A stretch of DNA of 64,000 nt. It comes from Phoronis australis (taxonomy: Eukaryota; Animalia; Phoronida). The position numbers were made by a program, and so were the translations under genes. The notes below the pieces were generated by a model. That model worked only from the letters and a program-made list of their open reading frames with translations. It searched no databases and was not told the DNA's origin. The DNA lies in assembly GCA_002633005.1 (NCBI GenBank), contig NMRA01000137.1:310001-374000 (forward strand). Reading direction: 5' to 3'. The stretch's first letter is position 1; the number at the start of each line of letters is the position of its first letter. Positions 24,884 to 37,719 of the stretch are shown piece by piece.

Positions 24884-27800
24884 AACTCTGAAGAATTTGC
24901 TTTTTAACTTTTTAATAATTGATCTCGTACAGTGTTATCATATGTGCTTAGTGAAATTTAGCCAACATGAAAGGAGCATTCATAGCAAAATAAGGGAATC
25001 GATAACATGCAGAACAGAACAAAAAATGCACTATCTTGAGTTTTCATTGAATTCCATCAACTATTTTTGAGACATTATGTTCCAAATTTGGTTAACATAA
25101 ATTTAATACGGTTAGTTTTTATGGTCATACTGTGATTAACATAGAGCTTATAAGAATTATTTTGACTAACTAAACCTCTTCGTTCCTATTTCATTCCATT
25201 TAAGACCAGCCGACGAACCGCTAAATATAGCTTTAAACAACATGGTAATAGCCAGTGGACCCCAATAATTAAGAGAACATTTCATGTGTACTTTCACCTT
25301 CAGTTTAGTTTTACCTTGCATGAGAGGATGAGGTATTTTTTATTCATAATTTGAAAAGTTTCTACGTTTTAAGCTACACGTTTTCTTTAAAAATAGGTCT
25401 CATATGCTGACCACTAGACGGTGTTGTAAGCAGTAGCAATTGGCAGTGCTCGATTTCGCGAACACAGATTGTGTTTGGCGACCTGGGAAAAATCGCAAGT
25501 CGCCACTGTGAGTTTTTAAAACGGATTATAGTTCCCCCTAGATTCGTCGTTTCAAAGTTTGTGTTGACTTCCAAACTTTAAAGTACTAACAGTTTTCCTA
25601 AATTAAGTACCAATGGGTCGGTTTATTTCGTGAAATCAGTGAATTTGTCACCACCAAACTCTCGCTTAAATTACAACAGGAAGTAAACAGACGGAAGTCG
25701 GAATTGTTCGGCAAAAATTGGGCAAGATCGGCGAAACAAACGCATCTAATGTATGCAGTCGTCTGCGGTCAGTTTGTTCTTTCCCATTGTGCATTGTGCT
25801 CTAACGGGGAGATATTGAACAGGTAGGCGTAAGATTTCGAGAATAGAGTGCGTCATGTCCTTTTTTAGTCGACGATTATCATGTCAGTTTTGGCGACTTC
25901 AGATTTCGCATATTCCGATTGGCGAAATGGGATTTTCGCCAAGGCGCCTAATGCGACTTGGCGTCAAGCTTAGTGTCAAGCGCTGGTTGACCAATCACAA
26001 TCTGAGAAACCGACTTGTGGTACCTTCGATAGGTGCAGATTATATATCTGCAACGGATATCAGAGTACAAAATCCTAGAACATTTTAACGGTTTAGACCA
26101 AGTTACTGAAGTTGTTGATGTTAACTCTGAGAATAAAAATAAATCTGCATGCATAACATGCGTCGCGGCCCTTATCGTAATGTTTCCAGCGATGTCGAAA
26201 ATAATCGAACTGATCAGGATTTAATCAGTCATGAAGCCCAGAATTTGTGTTTTATGCTGTTTATTTTGAAAAAGTGATTGCACGCTGAAAGGGCATCATT
26301 TGAGGATGTATTTTAACAAACGTGGTTTGCATTAACATTCATTTCGTACTGATTTGAACGCAGCTGAAAACGGAAGATCAGAATTATCTATTTAATTTGT
26401 CTACGCGCAGTGTGACCGCAATTAATTTTTGAAGGAAAATGATTGCATCGTTCTTAAAACAGCCGGCTCGCCGGGGGAGTTCTTTATGGTGCACGGAGCA
26501 GGGGTGTCATTGTCCCCTATAAATCAAGCTGTTTCCGAAGAGAAAAAGTGTGTTACAGCAATTAGGAATTGCGCAAAACAAATCAAAAACAAACATTTCT
26601 CTTACCTTCGAAGGCGTAAAAACCGGTCTTTAACTTTTGCCCATAGGTGCAATCGTTTTCAATGCAAACAGCAACCGATGACTGCGGTTGAAAGCGACGT
26701 AAGAAAACTAGTGATCGATTGATCACCAAGTCGATATATACGGTACTCAGCCGTTGAAGTGGCGACTGCGAACCAATCAAATCGCAAACTGGACTGTTTC
26801 GTAACAACGCCAGTTTCGATTGGCTCGAGTACAGCTCTGCCCAGAATTTCTCGCGAGAAAACATCTTTGTAACTTCATGTTTCTATGGCGTTATCCAAAC
26901 GACAAAATTAAGAATTGACTACACATTACTCGTCAACTTACCAAGCGCTTTTTATCAGCCTACACGAACCTGTCAATTGAGTCCGGGATGCAGTCTCTTT
27001 ACTTCCAACAGGACTCGACAATGGGGAGACTTTGGCAAGTCCACTTTCAAGAGGGTGCTGCGACCAAGTCGGATGCAGGTAGGAGTTTGTATTCAGAACC
27101 GTTCGCACGGCAAACTACTTCATCTGCTCATCAAATAATATTGTGCTATTAATCAAGGAGCTCTTTTTCGGAAAACCTAGTGTTTGATCCAAGCAGGTGG
27201 ACAGACGTAGCTGGAAGAATACAACGTGTGCTCAACTCAACAGGCCAAAACTGCCAACAACGCCGTGGGTCAGATACAAATGGGAAGCAAGTATGGCTGA
27301 GGATTCGTCACGAACATGAATGACAAACTGCCAAACAGTAATCTGGCGGGGAATTTTGAGTAATACAAATATCAGTGATAGTGTTGAACTTTTGTTGGAT
27401 AGTTTGAAATCTCGTGGCAGGAACATGGCGAGAAAAACCATCGAACTCGCTAAAGAAAACACAGATTGTGTGTGGTTTCATATTGAATGTGAACAGAAAT
27501 TGTTAGAAAAGCAACCGTCGTTAAAGCGCTTTAGATGATCTAGGAAAAATCATGATCTGTCGATCTACTTAAAAATAAATTCAGATTTTAAGAAATTGTG
27601 TAAATAGAAGAAGGAATTGTGCGAAACCAAATGCCAAAGTGAATTGTGTGACCAGGTTCGGGATACTGTCAAGTTTTGAGACACAGCAAAAAACGTTTCC
27701 ATCGTCAACTAATCCAAGCTACATGTATGTCTTGGGAACCTCAATATCAGAGTGGGGGTGGTTCAACTACTAAGGATCTGTTTAGTTCTCAAACAGAAGA

Positions 27801-28801
27801 GGGAAGTAGAACATTCTTTGAGACCGTGATCGAAAGCTTGTACGACTATGACGCTCACTGCAAGAAATGTGCTAATGATATCATGGTCGGGGCGCCATAG
27901 GGGGCTGTGGGGGGGTGGCGCCATAGCCCCCACTTTTTAGCGCCCAAAAACTATTTTGACTTAGTTGCAGAGAACATTTTGTGCATTTAAATGTAGTTCT
28001 CACTTAAACAAAAGCTCAACACCTGGAACTCGTTCATATCACAGAATTTAGACTCAGAAATTCGTGCGAGAATCACAGGTTGTAAAAATCAAGCTTCGCA
28101 GCACTGGCTGGAGCATAAACAGACATTACGTCGGACGTTTTGTTTGAGTAGGCTTGTGAACGTACGGTCGGGATTAATAAAGGATTAACTCGAACCAGTC
28201 TTCAGTCAATCGTCGCACCGAAAGCTATTAGCACCGGTCTGTAACAATCTGCGCCCACCCACACACGGGGAAAAACGTGACATGGGGTCAGACTTGTTGA
28301 CATGTATTTTAACGTCAAAATCTATTTTTAAATGGTGTTCACAACTTTGGGTTCTGGGGTCAAAGTACTCTAGAGATTCTAGAAAATTCTGAAAACTAAC
28401 TGTAACAGCCAATGGTATGATTGGATATGATCATGGGGTTTTTATTAACCATTCACTAAATAAGTAGAATAATATAATATGGGCTTAAGTCAACAAGAAA
28501 TTCAGATGCGCTATAGTAGTTGAAGCATAAAGACTTGTGCTACAGTGTACAGAGGAAATTGTACGACAGAGCCATCTCGTGGAAGATTCAAAAAGGATCT
28601 GTGCAAGGGCAAGGGTTAGGAGGCACTGAACAGTTCTCACAGGGATTTGCCTATCAGAACACACGTCAATGGACTCTTCACCCTATCTTCACTCAGTCAA
28701 AACTGCATGCAAATAAAGAAAAGTTTTGAGTCATTTCACATCACAAGCCCTACAGATGAGCACAGAAACTTTGTTCTCTCTTGTATTTTTGACCCTTTCA
28801 C

Positions 28802-30136
28802 TTTATTTATTTATTTATTTATTATTGTGATATTTAAAATGAGGGTGGCCTCTTCAGTGATAGCACTGCTTTCCAAGAGGGCCCTCAACAAGAAAAACAG
28901 CAATATAATACAATGAAGTAATAAAACAACAATGAAATATACGTAACAAAGACACAATTAAAACAGTTAAGGTTGAGAATTAAGACAATAACTAAATGAC
29001 AAATAATGGTAAAAAATTAACCAAGACAGATGAAATAAATTAAGAGATGACTCTAGACAATGAGAATATTTACGACAATGAAAAAAATGACATGATTAAG
29101 ACAGGTTAAGTAAATTACAGCTACTTTTTAACATTAACTTTAAAGGTAGTAATTGAATTGGACCGTTTAATTTCTGGGCTAAAAGAATTCCATATTATAG
29201 CAGCTGCATAGATAAAAGATATCTTGCCCGTCTCGGTTTTAATTTTTTTAGAAGAAACATTGCCAGCAATAGAAGAACGTTCAGAATAAACAGCCTGACT
29301 GCTATTGAATTTACTGCTGAGATATGCTGGAGCCAAGCCATTGATACATCTGTATATACAACAGGCAGAGAGAGATATTTATTTCTTTGTCTTACTTTCA
29401 TAAATCCCAGCTTGGAGTACAAGTCGTCAACCCTGGTGTCCCTAATTTTAGTACCCAGGGTAGCCCTGGCGGCTCTATTTTGGATTACTTGGACTTTATT
29501 TACAAGTGTGTCACTAGTGTGCCCCCAAACCGGTAAACAATAATCAATATGAGGCTGAATAATAGAATGGTAAAGGGTCTTAAGAGTACGGACATTAAGA
29601 AATTTGCCTAGACGTTTAAGTACACCGATTTTCTTTGGTAATTTCTTTGTGATATGATCTATGTGCATATTGAATTTAAGATTGGGATCTAAAGTAAGGC
29701 CCAAGTACTTAAACTTGTCAACATTCTCGATGGGAGAACCGTTGATAGAAAGGGATAGTTTTTGTTGTTTTAATTTCTGGTGGGTTCCAAACAGCATCGA
29801 CTTGGTTTTACTACCGTTAAGAGTGAGTTTATTTTGAATCAGCCAGTCATGGATAATGGCTAGCTCATTGTTGAGAGAAGTTTCGAGTTCTTTTACCGAT
29901 CCAGCTGTGGACATAATTGCAGTGTCATCAGCGTATAAAACTGGGACACTGTTGTGGAGGACCGTAGGGAGGTCGTTAACAAAAATAGTGAATAATAGAG
30001 GGCCCAAAATGGAACCCTGAGGTACCCCCGTGATTACGGTTGAGTATTCAGAAAGTATACCACCGTATTTGGTGGCCTGTTTACGGTCGTATAAGTAGTT
30101 TCTAAACCAATGGAGTTCGTTATCATTAACTCCATA
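28802..30136 (-). mobile_element. 5'-truncated L2/Crack (CR1-group) LINE
   Basis: GVPQGSILGPLLFTIFVNDLP, YADDTA, FKYLGLTLD. One frameshift near 29340. 3' UTR and (TAAA)n tail at 28802-28822. Confidence 0.93.
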
Positions 30137-32991
30137 TGACTCTGGTTTCTCCCAGTGGAAACCAAGCTAGACTAAGAAAAATAAGGACAAAAAATGCAAA
30201 ATCGATACTTTTCACCCCAAAACCACCACTTCCCTGCTCGACTAAAGCCAACATTAGATTCCGAAAGCAAATTTCCTACCGATTCCAAAATGTGGTTCAA
30301 AAATACTGTCAACCAACTAGTTTTTTTACAAATCTGGCTTGTTTGAGGGCTACCTGAAATTGCGACCAATTTCTCAGTTGCTACACAGCAATGCACTACT
30401 GCAACAGGGGGCCACCATCTTGAAGAAGAGTGCAACTATAGCCAAGAAAGTGGCCTTTTTTAATTCTCAGCATGTTCACAAATACAAACAAACCAAATTC
30501 ACTTGGCCTACATACAATACCTAACTAAAAATGCCCCCAAGCCTGGCCTACCCCTAGATTTTAGTATTTTGGAAGTGCAAATTGGCCGCGGCGGCAGTCT
30601 AACTGTTCAGTGCCACCTTAACGAACAGGAAGTTAACTAAGAGCTTGTCACTTGCATCGTGGGTAGTAAGATTCTACCTGAAGTGTTGCATCACCAGCCA
30701 GAGACTATGATCAGCAAGAAGAATCGCGGGTAGAAGAAATTGCCTGCAAGTGTTGCATCACCAGAGACGGTGACCAGCAAGTACACTGTCGCTATACAGT
30801 GTGTGTAGTTAGAAGATTCACCAACAGGACAGTTATCCAACAAGTGGAGAGTCCTAGCTTGGATAGCGGATAAGACATTGGATTATTTTGGTTGATTGAT
30901 TAAAGTAATCTTTAAAGAGGGCGCTAGCGTAGTTACTCTTTTTTGTAGTTGATTGCTTAATTAACAACAGGTTTCACTTGTCCAATTAGGGGTTATCATA
31001 TAATAAATTAATTACTGGATTTGATTATTCACTCTCCATCTACGCACAATCTCAAAACATAGCTCCCTTTTAAACAAACCCACAGTCAATTGTCTGACAC
31101 CGCTGGGTGTTACGTCTACCGTTCGACAAAAAACAACCGCCATCTGTACGTCTTTGTGTGTTGCAGCAAACATTTCACCTTTACGTTTTGGCTTAAACGC
31201 AGATATTCCACTTTTTATCCTGAAGTCCGGCTTCTTAATCCAGTTGTTCCGTTTTTTCGTTCTTGAATGCAAGGTGTTCAAAATAACATTGTCTTCTGTT
31301 GTGAATATTATTATTTTCCAGAGTCCACGTTCTTTAGTGAAGTAACAATCGATTCCAATGTCTGTTGTTCAGAGTAACATACGCTTCACGTATCAGGGTC
31401 ATTACGTTTACTTTCTGAAGAAAAGAGTTTGTTTCTAAGCTGTAATGGAAAGTCTTACACTGAAACCTATACAATGAGCTATCTACACTACTTATCAAAG
31501 CTACGTGACAAATGTTGCCCATTTTTGATCATTTACAAAACATTTGTTTTCAAATTTCGTATATATATTTGGAGCAATTTATCGTATTTTTCGTAAATGT
31601 CGTAATTTCATTCTGAATTTTTACTGAAGAATGTAATTGTATCAAACGGCACCAAAGGTCCAATTTCTTATAATAGACAAATATGTATAATTTGGACGAA
31701 TGCTTGAGTAAATTATACAAAGCAAGTGTAAGTGATATGTGATCTAAACCGTTGTATTCATAGGGTAGAAATCATTGAAGTTATTTCCTTAATAGCTTAA
31801 CTAGTCGTTTATATTAGATCTCTGGTTCATTTCTTTTCTTATGTGGACAAAGACCACAGTATCAGTGGCTGACTTTGACCTTTTAAGTGTTAAAACACTT
31901 GTCTGAAGGGTACCTGGATTTGCACCAAGAATTCAAAACTCGACAAGGATGTGCCTCAAAATGGCGACACTTCCGTAATCTAATAGAAAACAGCACAGGC
32001 CAAATTTCTGGACTCATTTTACTCAACACAACTTCAACGAACTACTAGTACTTAGTCCACAAAACTCGTCAAACACGACCCACTTCCTTTTTCTTCACTT
32101 TTGGGGAACCTTAGACCTGTTACTATTGCACGCTGTTATTTTTCATATTTTGGCAACACTCTGAGTTTTAAGAATTAAAAAATATTCTCGACTAGTCAGG
32201 TATGCAAAATGATAACTACTGATGAATTAAATTATTCTGCTGATGACATAATGATCATGAAGTGACAGATGGCTTTCCAATGATATGGCTCTCATGCAAT
32301 TCGGTTGAAAAACGGCGGAGTTACGAAAAGTTTTATTGACAGTAAATTCCATAGTAACTTAGTACACTCACCGGAACAATCGAGTGTAAACAACCCCTAC
32401 ACATGCGCGGCGCAACTTCAGCTGCTCCAATCGGAGCTAGCCTTCTAGGGCGTGAGTTCTATGGTGCAAGCCAGAAATACAGTATTGACTTCCATATTTG
32501 GAAAGTCACGTGAATTGAAAGGTGTCGCAGTACGTGCGGACGTTAGACAGTGCACGGGATTATAAATAGGTAGCCGTAAACAAGCGAACATCAACATGGA
32601 ATTAAAATAGGAAATCAATCTGTGCTCTTGGATTTTTGTTGCCAGATTGGTCGACCTTATTTCTGTGAGCAGTCATGTGCCAGTATAGATGTAGATCGGA
32701 TCCGTGTAGTTTCTGTTGTGGCCTAAGTGCATTGTACACTTACGAGCATGCTGTCAAAACTTTTGTCGTCTTTAATACGGATCTCATGGTGTGTTCAAGC
32801 CACGCTGGTTGTGCTTATTGAGCACTCGTTAACGACGTTGTATCGAGAGTAAAGGTAGTTCAGGTTATGTCATTGCAGATCTGATTCTTTCCCAATTGGA
32901 TAGCGTTTTTTATTTCGAGTCGTGTCTAAGAAACACAAACAACCGGAACAGCAATAGTGCGACATTTGGACTTTAATGACGGTTATTCGGT

Positions 32992-33731
32992 CAGTGTTCG
33001 CCAGAGGCTGTGTGTTTGCGTCATTTGATGCCACCAAACTGCAAGAGACACTGGCTGACTCGATGTGTGCGTCAACTTGGACGAAACTTTTTGTTCAAAG
33101 GTTGTGATATAAAACTTGCAAATGAAAATCCTTTGGTTCTTTTCTTTGATTACCATACCGTATCTTTCATTCATAACAGCACCCTAGATTGTTTCATTGT
33201 CGAAGCCAAACGCATGGCTTCGCTACTCGGTAAGTAAGCCATCACAATGTGGGTAAGAAAATCCTGTTCTAATTGATCCGATAGAGATGTAGACTTGCAA
33301 TAACGCCTTCACAAAAATGGCGTCGAAACAGGCCAATATTATGAACTTCTTCGCCAAATCGAGTTCTGCGCCGACAAGAAACTTGAGGCAACAGATGACG
33401 AGCATAGTACGCCTTCGTCAACAGCTTCTGTTAATGACCCAATGGTAGTGCCAAAGAAAAAAATCTGTAGGTCCTGGCTAGTACATGATATACGACACTG
33501 GCAAAAATCGGATGACATGTAAAGTGTGCATTAACCACGAGAAATGCAATTCTTTGACAGGCGTTCAAGGTTCATGCTGTACGCAAAGTTATTGTACAAT
33601 GCGTTAGAGTAGATAAAAGTAAAAGCTTGTCTCATGCTAAGTTTCATGGACCCAAAACATTGAAATGGACCCAAAAATACTGGAAGGTGGGTCCACTGGA
33701 CCCCAGTTTTGGAAGAGTAGGGCTAACACTC
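32992..33731 (+). mobile_element. Internally deleted hAT-like element with TTF zinc-finger remnant
   Basis: Ends CAGTGTTCGCC / GGCTAACACTC. WL..YDTGKNRMTCKVC..NSLTG at about 33470-33565. No TSD is recognisable. Confidence 0.55.
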
Positions 33732-35135
33732 GTGTATGGTCTCTGCCACTCTGCTCTGCGGTCTCATTAAGCGGCTACTGATACTAATCACTACTCTGTT
33801 TTGTGGTTGTGTGGAGTCATGTTTGCATAATGTTAGTTGCAACGGTTATAAAACGAGGTTTTGCTTAATTGCGTAAACGGAAAGCCGCTGTGAATTTATT
33901 TGCCCTGCTGTCTTGACATCGGCGCTCCTCTACCTGGGGTCCATTGCCTTGTCCTCAGTCTCTCCATTTCCACAAGTGACGTTTGAGTTGCACAACCATT
34001 GCCTCTTAGTAGCGAACAAAGACTGCAAGATCTGGTAAATGTAATTTCCAGCATTGACAACAATGAAACAGCCGCTGAACACATTTTGTGAGGAAAACTT
34101 TTTTCAAGTGAGTGTCCATTTTCTATCTCCGATGCTGCGTCACTGCCGCTGGTATTCAGCGCTTACTTGCAATACCAAAGGTTGAGCAAACAATTTAAGT
34201 TTCGAATTATTCAAAACAGTATCCACAATATAGTTCGTAAATACGTATTTTTTAAGAAATAAACATGGTAGAGTCAGTAACTGTCTGCGAGAAGAAGCTA
34301 GTCAAAATTTCATGTTTTCATATAAAATACACAGCAATATATATGATCCGTTTGTAGACGTTTTAAAAACATCGTGAATCTGCATAAAAACCATTGAAAC
34401 ATACTCTCTGACACTTAATTAGAATTTTTCGTAAGAATGGGGTCGATCTGCTGCCTGTACATATTTTTTCTTTTACTTTTTATTTTCTTAAAATCTGCGT
34501 GATCAAAACAAACGAATGTTGCCCATAATGCTGTGCGGTTTGACCTTTCAGCAACACGAGACAAATAGTCAGCTGTTTCCGGTACTGCTTCGAAGAAGAG
34601 AAGTTCGCCTTAATCAGGTAATTTATTCGTTTCTTGAACATTTTGATGACGATGTTGCTCCCTGTATGAGCTGAACAGTCTAACTATTACTCTTAGGATT
34701 AGATGAAACCATTACCTGTGGGAAAATTACGTACTGAATTCGATAGTAATCGTGATCGAGTCGAGTCTGCAGTGGTACCCTAGCCAGCCAGCTAGCGGTA
34801 TCAAAATACAGCTAGGTACCACTGTGTGTTTTTCTTCAATAGAGCCCGAAATGCACACAGCCAGAGTAGTATATTTAGTATACTGATTTGTACCAAGGCT
34901 ACCCCTAGCCCTAGACCTATCAATGCTGTGACTGAAAAAGAGAGTGTAATGTTATTGTGGTTGGATAGACCCTGTTTGTCACTCGATGGTCGTGAGTTGA
35001 ATTTCTACTTGCTGGCAGTATTTAGACTTTGGACTTGAATTGCAAAACTATTCCTGGTTTTTCATTGCCATAAGAAAATCATCGTCTATCACCAGGGACA
35101 CTATACTCTACTTGTATATTCTACTAGCAGGAGCA

Positions 35136-35558
35136 CATTGGAGGATTTAAGGGGGGGGGGGCCAAGAGAGCCATGGCCCCCCTAAAATTCTCCCAGATAC
35201 CATTTGGCAGTTCGGGGTGCAAACTGCTGACTAGCACATGCCCCTTGAACAAACCCTGTTTACCGTTTATGTTTTGTTTTTAGTAATAAGATCCACAAAC
35301 CCAAAAATTCGACACCCCCGCATTCCTACGTCAGGCTGGGCTCGCGCATGTCGCAAAATTCTAGTTATTCCTGTGCCCTGGCCCCCCTAACTCAAAATAC
35401 TGGATTCGCCCCTGGGGAAGATCCAGGATTTTGAGTTGGGGGAACAGGGTAGAGTATTGGCCAGGATTTAGTTCACCAAACATTTGCACCCCCGAACTGC
35501 CAAATGGGAACTGTGAGAATTTTAGGGAGGCCATAGCCCCCCTCTAAATCCACCACTG
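35136..35558. repeat. Foldback formed by a hAT-like MITE and its inverted, internally deleted copy
   Basis: Outer ~90-bp arms are reverse complements. Central palindrome CTCAAAATACTGGAT..ATCCAGGATTTTGAG around 35415. Confidence 0.7.
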
Positions 35559-37023
35559 ACTAGTCAGCTAGCTAGTCCACTTGAACACAACCCACTGAAT
35601 CAGCGATGAATCCTCGGATTAAATGCAAGCAAACTTGGGAAGTGCCGGAAGACTGAAGCTTGTTGCGAGAATAGTGAGATCATACAAAACCATGGTTGGG
35701 AATGGGATGCAACAAATTTGATGCCTGTTATTCAGTGAAGAAATCTGATTCTCAAATTGCAGGACACTGGGAGTGGTCACATCATTACAGAACAATATAC
35801 TATGTATGGGACCTCCTCACAGGCAAAAGGGTATAAGCCAAAGGCAGATCAGTAGTAGCATTAATAAAGGTCGAGCAGGTTACATCTTGTATTATCAGTG
35901 GTATGGTCTCGATTGGGTAAATAAAGGGCTAGGGACAGGGGAAGGTTTAATTAATATACTCTTTCTTGGACTTTGAGTGTGCAACTGGGCCCTTGCAGAC
36001 TCACTTTATCAAGAACACAATCCATCAGTTTACATGGCAGAGGGCCCAAAGGGTGCTTCGAAAATCATCCTCCTTGAATGTCAGCTGTTACAGACTTCTA
36101 GCATGGGTATTGGCAAGTTAACACAGGAAATAAAATTAATTAGTCTGGAAACAGGTAGAACACTGAAGTTTCAATTTCAGGTACACTCATACTTTTGCGA
36201 AAATGTGTATCCCATGGAGTGTACTGATCAATGTTATCTATGTACTGCTCAGATTGGCATTTTATGTGATTACCATGTTTTTAAAGGTTCACCGTAATGT
36301 GCATCACCAGTTCACCAACAATAACAATACTCAAGCAACAGAGACAACATGATTGGAGTACTGAGCTATGTGCAGAGGAATAGGCTTAGGTGGCAATTGA
36401 TGTTCGGTCTCTTCACATGCAGGTATGCTTGGAACTCTCGTTTCTTAACGCAACAGAACCGATTCTACATAACTTTTGTGTTATCAAGTCATTCATATTG
36501 TTTTCTTTCATCAGTAATCACACAAGCTTTATAGGTAACAAAACTGAAAACCTGTAATAAAATACATTTGCTATGTATCACTAAAATATGCCACATAAAA
36601 TGTTGAAAATTATACCGTCTTAAAACTTCATTAATTAAAACTTCTTTAATAATGGACCACTGGCTTTTTGAAGAACAACAACCAGTTTGCAGCTATGAAA
36701 ACAACATTCCCCTTCATGTTGAGGTCATGTTTAAACTACAGCTCAAAATTAATGTGGTTTGATTTTTTTCAGCCTCACGTAAGTATATCTGAGGATGAGG
36801 GCATTGTATTCAACTTGATGTGTCCATACTCACTGGGGTGGTGGGTATCACCAGCTGTGATTGTCATCAGGGTGTACCTGTGGTAGATGCTGAGGAGTGT
36901 CCACTACACTGAAAAGATCTATAAGAAGCAACCTGTCACCTGCATTTTGCTTATGCCTGTGAGTATTTCTTATAAAGACAGTTTTGGAAATAAATCTTTT
37001 TCAATAAGGCATGGAAAAATGTC

Positions 37024-37186
37024 GCAAACAGCTTGTCCCATCAGCAAGCCATGTTTTTGGTCACATCACGTGACCTAATGAATATCAATCAAAAAAGATT
37101 TCTGCCCGTCCCTGCCTAGGGCATACATTCATTAGGTCACGTGATGTGACCAAAAAGATGGCGTGCTGACGGGACAAACTGTTCGC
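37024..37186. mobile_element. Hairpin MITE with ~60-bp TIRs
   Basis: TTTTTGGTCACATCACGTGACCTAATGAAT and its exact reverse complement. Confidence 0.8.
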
Positions 37187-37719
37187 ATTCTGTAAGGTAT
37201 TCAGCTTTTGAAGTACACTAGTTAATGAAGAATTTTTTTCTCTTGTACATGGCTTTGAAGAAAATTTTTATTTTTATTTTTGATTCAGCACTTTTGATTT
37301 CTTCGTCATAAATGAGGAACTGGCAAGAGTCTACCGTAATGATGTGCTGGCTTTCAACAAAGGTACCAACTACAACAAAAGGCGCCTACCCCAACATATT
37401 TTCGCAATGCAAGGGTTATGTCACAAATCGTACTGCTTTATCTACTTTGCTTGCAGTCAAACAAATTATGTTATTTACTCAGGCACCATATTTTATGTGT
37501 CTAATGCATATTTGTTTTGTCTACTACTTAGTACTCAGATAAATGTGATTTCTTTGTGTTACTAATAAACAAAATTTATGCCCAATACCATTTCTTAGTT
37601 TCATACTGAAAATCGGATGAAGACTTAAATGTAATGAAACAGAACTGGTAAAGTTGCTACAAACCAACATTCCATCAACAATAAAGTAACTTTTAATTTA
37701 TACCATTTTCCGCATCAGA

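Larger units (their letters stand above)
34585..37420 (+). pseudogene. Multi-exon KolX-like remnant
   Basis: Scattered pieces RLNQ|gt, EACCE, MCITSSP and C-terminal AYPNIFSQCKGY (compare FPxxxGxYxGF). AATAAA at 37564. Confidence 0.4.
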
